A stretch of DNA of 64,000 nt from an uncultured Candidatus Binatia bacterium (GCA_965200965.1 OZ241744.1:2240001-2304000), one strand, 5' to 3'. Positions 1-8,524 are shown, counted from the stretch's first letter. Numbers and translations are program-made. Notes: a model not told the origin generated them from the sequence alone.

Positions 1-1092
1 GTCTTTGTGTGCAACAAAACGCGCCAGCCCTTTCACTACCCGGTGCAATACACCATCTGGACCGGAGCGTCGCGCATTGCCCAAGACGCGGCTCTTCCAG
101 ATATCCTCACTGTGACACGCCAGAAGAAAATCAAGGCCATGCCGGTTGTCGCCTCCAAAGACTCATCCCCGTGGCTCACCGCTCCACAGCGGGCGCTCTC
201 CGGCATTCAGAAAGTGCTCGGGCCGAGCGCCTACCGGGCCTATGCCGGCTGCTGCGGGTGGCTGAACGGCGTGTACTGGATTCGGGTGCTGGACAAGCGA
301 CCCAATGGCGAGTTGCTGATCGAGAACCTGCACGATGTCGGCAAACTCAAGGTCAGGCATGTCCAGGCCGTCATTGAGCCGGCCTTGGTCTACCCCCTGC
401 TGCGTGGGAGAGATGTTCGCCGCTGGCAGGCCGAACCCTCAGCCCACACTATTCTGGCTCAGGACCCGGAAACCCGCAAAGGCATCCCGGAGTCCGACAT
501 GAAACGCCGCCAGCCCAAAACCTATGCCTACCTCAAGCAGTTTGAGGGCGAGCCTGAAAAACCGAAGCCTGGAACACTGCGCGGACGCTCCGGCTACCGG
601 CGGTATTTCAAGCCCTCCGATCCCTTCTATTCCATGACCAATGTCGGGCCGTACACAATGGCGGAGTGGAAAGTTGTGTGGAGAGAACAGAGTTCCATAT
701 TCCAAGCGGCCTTGGCTGGGTTGAGCGCGCAACGAGTCATGCTGCCCGACCATAAGCTGATGATGGTTGCCTGTAAAAGCCGGCATGAAGCGGATTTTCT
801 TCTTGGAATGCTCAACTCTAGCCCGAGCCTCTTGGCAATTCACGCCTATGTCGTTTCAACCTCGACCTCAACGCATGTCCTCAGCAATGTGGCCGTCCCG
901 CAGTTCAAAGACACCGACAGCGCTCACACCCGGCTGGCCGAACTCTCGGCGCGCTGTCACACCGCGGCCCAACGTGAGGCCGAACAGGAATTGACAGAAC
1001 TGGAGGCGGAGATTGACCAAGGAGCAGCCAACATCTGGGGCATCACCGACGCCGAACTGCAAGCGATTCAGGAGGCCCTGACCGAGCGCTGA
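1..1092 (+). CDS. C-terminal (target-recognition) part of a type IIG/Eco57I-like restriction-modification enzyme, truncated by the window edge
   Basis: Frame open from base 1; YPLLRGRDVRRW, YAYLKQFE, NVGPYTMAEWKVVWR, FLLGMLNSS and terminal helical EIDxxxxxIWGITxxEL are typical of IIG MTase C-termini. Confidence 0.75.
   Translation, partial: VFVCNKTRQPFHYPVQYTIWTGASRIAQDAALPDILTVTRQKKIKAMPVVASKDSSPWLTAPQRALSGIQKVLGPSAYRAYAGCCGWLNGVYWIRVLDKRPNGELLIENLHDVGKLKVRHVQAVIEPALVYPLLRGRDVRRWQAEPSAHTILAQDPETRKGIPESDMKRRQPKTYAYLKQFEGEPEKPKPGTLRGRSGYRRYFKPSDPFYSMTNVGPYTMAEWKVVWREQSSIFQAALAGLSAQRVMLPDHKLMMVACKSRHEADFLLGMLNSSPSLLAIHAYVVSTSTSTHVLSNVAVPQFKDTDSAHTRLAELSARCHTAAQREAEQELTELEAEIDQGAANIWGITDAELQAIQEALTER
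1026..1045 (+). repeat. 20-bp direct repeat copy 1 (agccaacatctggggcatca); copy 2 at 2375-2394
   Basis: Exact match seen in sequence. Confidence 0.85.
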
Positions 1093-1142
1093 GGCCGGCA
1101 CAGAACACCTGCACTAAGCGCCACCGTGAGGACGGCTTCGGC

Positions 1143-1171
1143 TTGACAGACCCCGGCAGTTCTCATATACC
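1143..1171 (+). promoter_or_regulatory. Putative sigma70 promoter for the 1198-2338 operon
   Basis: TTGACA-17 nt-TATACC, followed by GGAGGAG RBS before ATG 1198. Confidence 0.55.
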
Positions 1172-1197
1172 GCGGCACGCACCGGGAGGAGCGCAAT

Positions 1198-1503
1198 ATG
1201 GGAGAGGCACAACAGGAACAAGAGACGCTCAATGACCTAGAAGCAGTTCTCACTTCTCAGGATATCCCGCAGCTGTATGTAAACGGGTTTACGACCGTGA
1301 TCAGCAATACCGATATCTGTACGGTGCTGGAACGGAATGGCTCTCCGGTTGCCGTGCTGAATATCTCCTACACAACGGCAAAATCCCTGGCTCAGAAACT
1401 CTCCCAGCTCATCGCCGACTTTGAGACCGTTGCGCAGCACCCTCTGATGACGATAGAGGATGTGAACAGCACCCTGGCACAGCTCAAGAAAGGGAAGCCA
1501 TGA
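1198..1503 (+). CDS. DUF3467-like small protein
   Basis: Strong RBS; PQLYVNGFT...DICTVL...VAVLNISYTTAKSLAQKLSQLIADFE fits the YxN...MSxxxAKxLxxxL pattern; ATGA-coupled to next gene. Confidence 0.6.
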   Translation: MGEAQQEQETLNDLEAVLTSQDIPQLYVNGFTTVISNTDICTVLERNGSPVAVLNISYTTAKSLAQKLSQLIADFETVAQHPLMTIEDVNSTLAQLKKGKP

Positions 1504-2105
1504 AGTATAGAGAAGCCATGAAGTATGTGGAGGGACATTCTCAACCCTTCTCCTCTGTGTCTTATCCGTCCACTGACCGACTGCTGGCAAAGCTCCAGGA
1601 GTTAGCCGACCTGCCGGACGGATGGCGATTTGGGGAAGGGATTCCACCCCGGCCACAAGCGATTGACAAGGCCCGTGCCATCTATCGTCGGCTTGCTCTC
1701 CTGTGGCTCAAGGCTGACGTATTCCCAAGCGCAGACGGATCGGTGTGCCTGGTTTTTTATGCCGGCGAGCGGTGTGTTGAGATACAGGTGTCTCAGACCG
1801 GAACACTTGATGTCTGTGTTGAACAAGGGAAGGGGGCTGACTTCCAGGAAATCAAGGACATCCCGGACGCCTCAATGGCCGAGGCGGTAGAAGAAGTGAT
1901 GCAGCTTGCGCAGAGATTGGGCATATGGCACTTATCCGACTCCTTCATCCGAGAGAATACGACAAAACTTTTCAACGTTTCCGCAGTTCATGCTTCAGGA
2001 ATTCGAGCAACGGGACAGGTATATCGCTCGTTGATGTGGAATGCGTTGAAGAACACTCCAGGCCCATCTGTGGGCACCTCGAACACTATTACCACCCCGT
2101 CATAG
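1500..2105 (+). CDS. Hypothetical protein (LxxLPDGW family), putative antitoxin with long C-terminal tail
   Basis: ATGA overlap with upstream gene; LAKLQELADLPDGW...P..QAIDKA...VFPSADGSV motif; last 60 codons overlap the next ORF. Confidence 0.6.
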   Translation: MKYREAMKYVEGHSQPFSSVSYPSTDRLLAKLQELADLPDGWRFGEGIPPRPQAIDKARAIYRRLALLWLKADVFPSADGSVCLVFYAGERCVEIQVSQTGTLDVCVEQGKGADFQEIKDIPDASMAEAVEEVMQLAQRLGIWHLSDSFIRENTTKLFNVSAVHASGIRATGQVYRSLMWNALKNTPGPSVGTSNTITTPS

Positions 2106-2338
2106 GCCAGCCTGTCACCTATTGGCAGCTTCCAGCCGATGTACCGCCTGGCACGCAGATCGCAGCAACTGCAAGCAGTACCGGCGACCCCTGTCATCGC
2201 CAACTCTCCGGCCTGTCCAACAATCAGAGTGCCAGGTTCTTTAAGCGTTCGTGCCGCCCCAAGGACATACGGGTCTGTCAAGACGGCATCCCTGTTCCCT
2301 GTAGTCAAGCATTCCTGGAAGCGGTCTTTTCGGGGTAA
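1925..2338 (+). CDS. Hypothetical protein, possible ADP-ribosyltransferase/RES-like toxin
   Basis: LIRLLHP...FRSSCF...GISLVD...GDPCH resembles the R / S / late-H pattern of small ART-like toxins. Confidence 0.5.
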   Translation: MALIRLLHPREYDKTFQRFRSSCFRNSSNGTGISLVDVECVEEHSRPICGHLEHYYHPVIGQPVTYWQLPADVPPGTQIAATASSTGDPCHRQLSGLSNNQSARFFKRSCRPKDIRVCQDGIPVPCSQAFLEAVFSG

Positions 2339-2374
2339 ATCACAAGACGCGCCGACCGCTCCGCACGAGGCAGT

Positions 2375-2394
2375 AGCCAACATCTGGGGCATCA
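2375..2394 (+). repeat. 20-bp direct repeat copy 2, remnant of the RM gene 3' end
   Basis: Identical to 1026-1045 (ANIWGI codons). Confidence 0.85.
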
Positions 2395-2407
2395 GGTAGT
2401 ACGAGGG

Positions 2408-2793
2408 CTTGGCGACTGGCCCCGGGCCGGGTATATTCCGGGGAGGGAGGAAACGCGCATGGCAAAACTTGAGATGTACCACAACCCCGGCTGAGGCCAG
2501 TCCCGTAAAGCGCTCGAAATTTTGCAGCAGCGCGGCGTCGAGGTCGACGTTACCGAATATCTGAAAAATCCTTTGAGTCAGGCCGATTTTGAGCGGTTTC
2601 TGAGGCTCCTGCCCAACCCGGCCGCGGATCTGGTGCGCAAGGACAAACGCTTTAAGGAACTGGGGCTCAACGAGGCCGACTACACGACCCCCGAGGCGGT
2701 CGTCACGGTCTTGCTTGCACACCCGGAACTGATGCAATGTCCGATCATCATTCGCGGCAGGCGGGCGGTCCTGGCGCGGCCCGGGGAGATGGT
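2408..2793 (+). repeat. 386-bp direct repeat copy 1 (arsC promoter plus most of arsC); copy 2 at 3616-4001
   Basis: Near-identical at offset 1208; 3 substitutions seen near the 3' end. Confidence 0.95.
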
Positions 2794-2878
2794 TACAGCA
2801 TCCTTCCCCCTGTGGGACACCCCCCTACCCGACCGCGTACTCCGTATGCGGTCGGACATGGGCGGGATGAAAGCCTAA
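2459..2878 (+). pseudogene. arsC: Duplicated arsC-like copy with in-frame TGA (2492-2494), QRP changed to QCP, and a foreign C-terminus
   Basis: Same as 3667-4020 up to 2793, then reads antisense into the xisI 3' end; conserved Arg of the RP motif lost. Confidence 0.65.
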
Positions 2879-3160
2879 AACGATATGGTCTTTGGGCACA
2901 CCAGCCTGAACCAGATCTTTCGCAATCCCGTGCTCCGTTCCATCTCGCTGAATCCACAGCTTGCCGTCAATAATATCGATGTGGACCAGACCGCCATGCA
3001 CCCGTCGCCCATTATCCCAGCCAACATTCACGAGCAAATAACGGTCATGGCCCCGGTCAAACACCGCCTCCGTCCGAATGTCCTCATACGCATACGGCAG
3101 GCGCGCATACTCGGTGAAGATCGTCTCAACGATCTGACGATATTCGTCTAAGGAAGCCAT
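2825..3160 (-). CDS. xisI: XisI family protein
   Basis: VFDRGHDRYLLVNVGWDNGRRVHG..HIDIIDGKLWIQRDGTEHGIAKDLVQAGVPKDHIVLGFHP signature. Confidence 0.9.
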   Translation of the reverse strand: MASLDEYRQIVETIFTEYARLPYAYEDIRTEAVFDRGHDRYLLVNVGWDNGRRVHGGLVHIDIIDGKLWIQRDGTEHGIAKDLVQAGVPKDHIVLGFHPAHVRPHTEYAVG

Positions 3161-3564
3161 TGCGTAATTACCTCCTGCTGTGGATCAAAACCGATCACCC
3201 TGGTGAGCTGATTCTGGAGCAAGAGATGTCCGAGCGGCTCCTCGAAAATATCCCGGAGTGCGTGCTGAGGCACGGCAAGATAGAGGATACGCTCAGGGTC
3301 TCTCTCGGCCAGGACGGTCCGGTAGAGTATGTATTGTCCCAGAGCCTTTTCAAGATCATCAATCTCTGAATCTCCGACAAAACTCTTGACTTCCACAGCT
3401 ATACGCTGCCCCGCTTTTTCTGCTGCAAGCAATCGCTCAGCACCCAGGTCAACATACAAATCTTTTTTACCCCATGAGAGGCGAAGCGGGTCATGGGTAA
3501 TTCTCCAGCCGTCTTTTATGAGGGCGTTTCTGACCCCGTTGTGATACAGGTCCTTGGCCGGCAC
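3148..3564 (-). CDS. xisH: XisH family PD-(D/E)XK protein
   Basis: GTG start, PAKDLYHxxVRNALIKDGWRITHDP, VDLGAE, IAVEVKSF, ALGQY. Confidence 0.9.
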   Translation of the reverse strand: MPAKDLYHNGVRNALIKDGWRITHDPLRLSWGKKDLYVDLGAERLLAAEKAGQRIAVEVKSFVGDSEIDDLEKALGQYILYRTVLAERDPERILYLAVPQHALRDIFEEPLGHLLLQNQLTRVIGFDPQQEVITQWLP

Positions 3565-3615
3565 GGTACAGAATTGTACACGGATTCCGCCACAAAGACC
3601 ACCGGTCCAGCCGTA

Positions 3616-4001
3616 CTTGGCGACTGGCCCCGGGCCGGGTATATTCCGGGGAGGGAGGAAACGCGCATGGCAAAACTTGAGATGTACCACAACCCCGGCT
3701 GAGGCCAGTCCCGTAAAGCGCTCGAAATTTTGCAGCAGCGCGGCGTCGAGGTCGACGTTACCGAATATCTGAAAAATCCTTTGAGTCAGGCCGATTTTGA
3801 GCGGTTTCTGAGGCTCCTGCCCAACCCGGCCGCGGATCTGGTGCGCAAGGACAAACGCTTTAAGGAACTGGGGCTCAACGAGGCCGACTACACGACCCCC
3901 GAGGCGGTCGTCACGGTCTTGCTTGCACACCCGGAGTTGATGCAACGTCCGATCATCATTCGCGGCAGGCGGGCGGTCCTGGCGCGGCCCGGGGAGATGG
4001 T
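3616..4001 (+). repeat. 386-bp direct repeat copy 2
   Basis: See 2408-2793; begins at a TTGGCG-17-TATATT promoter-like element. Confidence 0.95.
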
Positions 4002-4020
4002 CAGGGAACTCCTGGACTGA
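3667..4020 (+). CDS. arsC: Arsenate reductase (ArsC/Spx family), probable selenoprotein (TGA 3700-3702 = Sec12)
   Basis: GGAGG RBS; MAKLEMYHNPG*GQSRKAL matches YHNPxCxxSR with TGA at the catalytic Cys; frame continues through YLKNP, LVRK, HPELMQRPI, RP. Confidence 0.85.
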
Positions 4021-4036
4021 GAAGGCGCTATCCTGG

Positions 4037-5347
4037 TCAATTTTCGCATTTCTCCCCCGCCAGGGTGTGGGCGGTGGCTGAGGCGACTGTGATCCGCACG
4101 AGTTCGCCCGGCTGGGCACCGTTGGCCGGAAAGACCACGGTTTTGAACTGCGGGTTCTTGCCGGCCAGCCAGCCAGCCTGGCGTTTGGCCGGCCCTTCAA
4201 CCAGGACCTCGACCGTCCGGCCAAGCTGACGCTGGTTCAGTCCGGCAGCAATCCGCTCCTGGAGGCCGATGACGGTTTGCAGCCGCCGGCCTTTTTCTGC
4301 TTCTGACAAGGTTTCGCCCCACTTCCAGGCTTTGGTCCCCTCGCGGGCCGAGTACTTGAACAGAAAGGCCGCGTCGTACTTGACGGACTCCATAAACGCG
4401 CAAGTGGCCCGGAAGTCGTTCTCGTCTTCGCCCGGAAAGCCGACAATGATGTCGGTTGACAGGGCCAGGTCAGGGATGGCCGCCCGCAAACGCTCAACCA
4501 GGGCGGTATAGACTTCAATGGTATAGCCGCGCTCCATCCGGGCCAGCACCCGATTGGAGGCCGATTGGAGCGGCAGGTGCAGGTAGGGGGCGACTTTGGG
4601 GCAGTCGGCCAGAGCCTCAATGGTCGCATCGTCCATGTCCGAGGGATGGGGCGAGGTAAAACGAATCCGCTCAATGCCGTCAATGTCGGCGGTCCGGCGC
4701 AGCAGGCTTCCAAAGTCACACCCGTCGTGGCGATAGGCGTTGACCGTCTGGCCGAGGTACACCACTTCCCTATAGCCCTGCCCGGCCAACTCCCGGACCT
4801 GGCTGAGCAGGGCCTTGGCCGGCACGCTGCGCTCCCGGCCCCTGACGTAGGGCACTATGCAGAAGGTGCAGAACTTGTCACAGCCGCGCATGACCGTCAC
4901 CCAGGCCCGGACGCCCTCAGCCCGGACCGGAGTTACATCGGCATAGGTCTCATCCCGGTCGAGCCGCACTGCAAGCAGGGGATCGTCGGGGTCGTCCTGG
5001 CTCAACAGGCTGGGCAGCTTCCGATACGCATCGGGGCCGAGCACGAGGTCAAGAAAGGGTGCTTTGTCCAGCAGACCTTGGCGGCGGTGCTGGGCCATGC
5101 AGCCGGTCAGGCCCAGGCGGACGCCAGGGCGGCGGGTTTTGTGACGCGCCAGGTCGGCCAGGCGTCCGAGCACACGTTCCTCGGCGTGTTCCCGAATCGC
5201 GCAGGTGTTGAGCAGAATCACATCGGCCTGCTCGGCCTGTCGGGTCGGCTCATAGCCGTGGGGTTTCAGCAGCCCGACGAGCAGTTCACTATCGGCGATA
5301 TTCATCTGGCAGCCATAGGTTTCAATATAGACCTTGCGTGTGTGCAT
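4037..5347 (-). CDS. miaB: tRNA-2-methylthio-N6-dimethylallyladenosine synthase
   Basis: ETYGCQMN, NTCAIRE, CDKFCTFCIVPYVRGRERS, C-terminal TRAM domain. Confidence 0.95.
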   Translation of the reverse strand: MHTRKVYIETYGCQMNIADSELLVGLLKPHGYEPTRQAEQADVILLNTCAIREHAEERVLGRLADLARHKTRRPGVRLGLTGCMAQHRRQGLLDKAPFLDLVLGPDAYRKLPSLLSQDDPDDPLLAVRLDRDETYADVTPVRAEGVRAWVTVMRGCDKFCTFCIVPYVRGRERSVPAKALLSQVRELAGQGYREVVYLGQTVNAYRHDGCDFGSLLRRTADIDGIERIRFTSPHPSDMDDATIEALADCPKVAPYLHLPLQSASNRVLARMERGYTIEVYTALVERLRAAIPDLALSTDIIVGFPGEDENDFRATCAFMESVKYDAAFLFKYSAREGTKAWKWGETLSEAEKGRRLQTVIGLQERIAAGLNQRQLGRTVEVLVEGPAKRQAGWLAGKNPQFKTVVFPANGAQPGELVRITVASATAHTLAGEKCEN

Positions 5348-5445
5348 CAGGATTTTTGTAGCGAGTCTGCACGGCCAGGGCAAGGACTGTCTTGCTCCCC
5401 GGCGGGCGGAATGCTAGCCTGCGGCTGACCCGGAGGAGAGGGGCC

Positions 5446-6378
5446 GTGTCTGAGCCACAACGGATTGTTTCCCTGCTGCCCAGCAGTACCGAGATGGTGT
5501 GCGCCCTCGGGCTGGGTGAGCGTTTGGTCGGGGTGTCGCACGAGTGCGATTACCCGGCCGAGGTGGCCGGTCTGCCGGTGCTGACCGAGCCGAAACTTGA
5601 CCCGAGCGGGACAAGCGCCGCTATTGACGCCCGGGTGCGGGAACTCGTCCGGGACGGTCTGAGCGTCTATCGCCTGAAAACCGAACTCCTGCATGAACTC
5701 AAACCCGAGCTGATCGTCACCCAAGACCAGTGTGCGGTGTGCGCCGTGTCGGTGGCCGAGGTGGAGCGGGCGGTCCAGGCTTTTCCCGGCCCGGCTGTCA
5801 GGGTGGTGTCGCTCAGCCCGCAACGCCTGGGCGATATCTGGCATGATATGCAGCGTTTGGGGCAGGCGACCGGTCAGGACGACCGGGCCGCGGAGCTGTG
5901 CCGCACCCTCAAGAAGCGGGTCTGGAAAGTTGAGCAGCAGACCCGGCATCTCGAACGCCCACGGGTGGCCTGCCTGGAATGGCTTGAGCCGCTGATGGCC
6001 GCCGGCAACTGGCTGCCTGAGTTGATTGAGGTTGCCGGCGGGACATACCGCTTGGCCGCGGCCGGGGCTCACAGCCCGACGCTGAGCTGGGACAGCCTGC
6101 TTGCGTGGCAGCCGGAGGTGATCGTCATCATGCCGTGCGGCTTTCCCATTGCCCAGTCGCAGGCCGGGCTGCCAGGGCTGATCTCCCATCCCGGCTGGCA
6201 GCGACTACCGGCGGTGCAGGCCGGGCGGGTGTATATTGCCGACGGCAGCGCCTATTTCAACCGGCCCGGCCCGCGCATTGTCGAAAGCGTTGAGTTGCTG
6301 GCCGAGCTGCTGCATCCCCAGGAATGCGCCGGCCTGGCCCCCGAGGGATCGTATATCCCGGCGCTGCAGGGGCATTAG
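5446..6378 (+). CDS. Cobalamin/Fe-siderophore-type periplasmic binding protein
   Basis: RIVSLLPSSTE..GVSHECDYP, TQDQCAVCAV, YFNRPGPRIVES. Confidence 0.85.
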   Translation: MSEPQRIVSLLPSSTEMVCALGLGERLVGVSHECDYPAEVAGLPVLTEPKLDPSGTSAAIDARVRELVRDGLSVYRLKTELLHELKPELIVTQDQCAVCAVSVAEVERAVQAFPGPAVRVVSLSPQRLGDIWHDMQRLGQATGQDDRAAELCRTLKKRVWKVEQQTRHLERPRVACLEWLEPLMAAGNWLPELIEVAGGTYRLAAAGAHSPTLSWDSLLAWQPEVIVIMPCGFPIAQSQAGLPGLISHPGWQRLPAVQAGRVYIADGSAYFNRPGPRIVESVELLAELLHPQECAGLAPEGSYIPALQGH

Positions 6379-6728
6379 TCCTCCTCGTCTTCAGCCGGAT
6401 TAATCAGTCGCACCGTTCCGTCCCGGAACTCCTGGCCACGCTCTTTTACCAGGTCGGGATAGGCATGGTAGAACTGCCCGCCAAGCCGCAGGAAAGACTC
6501 GACTTCGGTGTCTTCCAACTCCAGGGCTTGAATGGCTTGGGCGGCTTCGTCCTGGGTCGTGCTGCTCACAAGGGCGTCGTAGAGTTGCCGACAATCGGCA
6601 ATCTGAAAATCGTCCCGCCTGGGCAGCGCCTCGCGATCCTGGAGGCTGTGGGGATGGTATTCCAGCAAATAGCGCAGGGCTTTGAGTTCATGCCGCTGCT
6701 GGTCGAGTTTTTTAATCATATGCGCCAC
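6375..6728 (-). CDS. Hypothetical helical protein
   Basis: GGAGG RBS before GTG; fills the gap between convergent/divergent neighbours. Confidence 0.6.
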   Translation of the reverse strand: MAHMIKKLDQQRHELKALRYLLEYHPHSLQDREALPRRDDFQIADCRQLYDALVSSTTQDEAAQAIQALELEDTEVESFLRLGGQFYHAYPDLVKERGQEFRDGTVRLINPAEDEED

Positions 6729-6806
6729 CGGTCTTCCTCCACAGGGTTGCGAGCGTGTTGGCTGAGGCTGTAGGATGGGAGCATTGTTCACCAACAGGAT
6801 ACTGCT

Positions 6807-7313
6807 ATGGCGGTTCACGAGCATAAAAACAAGGCCCACCGCACAGCCCGCTGCGCGATTATCACCCTCAGCGATACCCGCAACGAAACCACCGACACCA
6901 GCGGTCAGCGCATCAAAGCCCTGCTGGCCGAGCGAGAGCAGCCGGTGGTCTCCTACCAGATTCTGAAAGATGAGCCGGCCCAGCTCACGGCCGCGGTCGG
7001 GGCGCTGCTGGCCCGGCCCGACATAGACCTCATTCTGACCAACGGCGGGACCGGTATTGCGCCACGCGATACCACCTTTGAGGCGATTCAGGAACTGCTG
7101 GAAAAGGAAATCCCCGGGTTTGGCGAACTGTTTCGGATGCTGAGCTATGAGGACATTGGCTCAGCCGCCATGCTGACCCGGGCCACTGCTGGCGTTGCCC
7201 GGGGAAAAGTCATTATTTCGCTGCCCGGCTCGACCGGCGCGGTGGAGTTGGCGATGACCAGGCTGGTCTTGCCCGAGCTGGGGCATATGCTGTTTGTCCT
7301 GCGGGGAGAGTAG
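6807..7313 (+). CDS. moaB: Molybdenum cofactor biosynthesis protein B
   Basis: ITLSDTR..TDTSG, NGGTGIAPRDTT, PGFGELFR, LPGS. Confidence 0.9.
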   Translation: MAVHEHKNKAHRTARCAIITLSDTRNETTDTSGQRIKALLAEREQPVVSYQILKDEPAQLTAAVGALLARPDIDLILTNGGTGIAPRDTTFEAIQELLEKEIPGFGELFRMLSYEDIGSAAMLTRATAGVARGKVIISLPGSTGAVELAMTRLVLPELGHMLFVLRGE

Positions 7314-7315
7314 CC

Positions 7316-8023
7316 ATGCGCATCAGACTGCGCTATTTTGCCTCGCTGCGTGAGCGGCTGGGCAAAACCGAAGAAACCCGTGAGATGCCTGACGGCGCAA
7401 GCGTGGGGCAAGTGTGGGAGCGGCTGAGCGACGAGCACCCCGAGTTGGCTGACTTGGCGCATTCGGTCGCCTTTGCCGTGGCCCAGGAATACGTTGACAA
7501 GGATCACCGCCTTCAAGATGATGACGAGATCGCCTGTATTCCGCCGGTGAGTGGAGGCGTCGTGCCGCAAGACCACACCCGCATCCTGGCCAGGATCACC
7601 CAAGACCCCATTGACATGCAGGAGTTGAGCGACTTTGTGGCCGACCCGGGTGCCGGCGCGCTGGCCAGCTTTGTAGGCACAACCCGCAAGACCAACGAGG
7701 GCCGCCAGGTCATCCGCCTGGAGTACGAGTGCTATCCGGGCATGGCTGAAAAAGAAATGGCCAAAATCGGCCGCCAGGTCCTGGCCGGCTGGCCGGTTCT
7801 CAAAATTGCCCTGATTCACCGCCTCGGCAGGGTCGATATCGGCCAGGCCAGCGTGGCGATTGCGGTGTCCTCACCCCACCGCCAGGCAGCGTTTGAGGCC
7901 TGCCAGCACGCCATCAACACCCTCAAAGAGACCGTCCCGATCTGGAAAAAAGAATGCTACGAGGGGGGACAGGTCTGGATCGGCTCCCAGACCGGAAGCC
8001 ACGGCAGGCTGCATAAGGAGTGA
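7316..8023 (+). CDS. moaDE: Fused molybdopterin synthase MoaD-MoaE
   Basis: YFASLRE...PPVSGG followed in frame by GALASFVGTTR, LEYECY, HRLG, VPIWKKE. Confidence 0.9.
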   Translation: MRIRLRYFASLRERLGKTEETREMPDGASVGQVWERLSDEHPELADLAHSVAFAVAQEYVDKDHRLQDDDEIACIPPVSGGVVPQDHTRILARITQDPIDMQELSDFVADPGAGALASFVGTTRKTNEGRQVIRLEYECYPGMAEKEMAKIGRQVLAGWPVLKIALIHRLGRVDIGQASVAIAVSSPHRQAAFEACQHAINTLKETVPIWKKECYEGGQVWIGSQTGSHGRLHKE

Positions 8024-8117
8024 ATGTGTCGCCTTCTGGTCGATCTGACGACACGTTCATTCCTCCGGGTTGAGCAGCAGGACGGCGACTGACCCCTGCA
8101 ACAGAAGGGAGGAGCGT

Positions 8118-8519
8118 ATGAGCGCAGAGAACGAAAAGAAGGCGACCGATTTCTGCCTGTCTTTGGAGGACGGGGAGTTGGCCAAGAGCGTGCAATATCT
8201 GTCCGAGGATGTGGACTATCATAATCTACCCTGGGAGCCGGTGCGCGGCCACGCCGGGGTGCGCAAGGTGTTGGACAGCTTTGTCGAGGGCGACAACAAC
8301 ATTTTGCAGAAGATGGACATCAAGCGCACCGCCTCGTCGGGCAACACGGTGATGAACGAACGGCTCGAAACCTGGGCGATCGGCACTGTCACCGTCAAGC
8401 TGCCGGTGGTCGGCCTGTTTGAGTTCAACAGCGAGGGCAAAATCTGCCGCTGGCACGACTATTTTGACGCCAAGACCATCGCCCCGCTGACCGACGAGAT
8501 GAAACGAGTCCGGGGCTGA
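8118..8519 (+). CDS. Limonene-1,2-epoxide hydrolase / NTF2-like family protein
   Basis: YHNLPW, VMNER, LPVVGLFE, GKICRWHDYFD. Confidence 0.8.
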   Translation: MSAENEKKATDFCLSLEDGELAKSVQYLSEDVDYHNLPWEPVRGHAGVRKVLDSFVEGDNNILQKMDIKRTASSGNTVMNERLETWAIGTVTVKLPVVGLFEFNSEGKICRWHDYFDAKTIAPLTDEMKRVRG

Positions 8520-8524
8520 GGCTT

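Noticed and set aside
3700-3702. arsC TGA as a simple nonsense mutation
   Set aside because: It coincides with the catalytic Cys and the rest of the gene is intact, so Sec is more likely, though unproven
3148-4224. 358-aa ORF as one protein
   Set aside because: N-terminal part is antisense to arsC or out of frame within the miaB 3' end; XisH starts at GTG 3564
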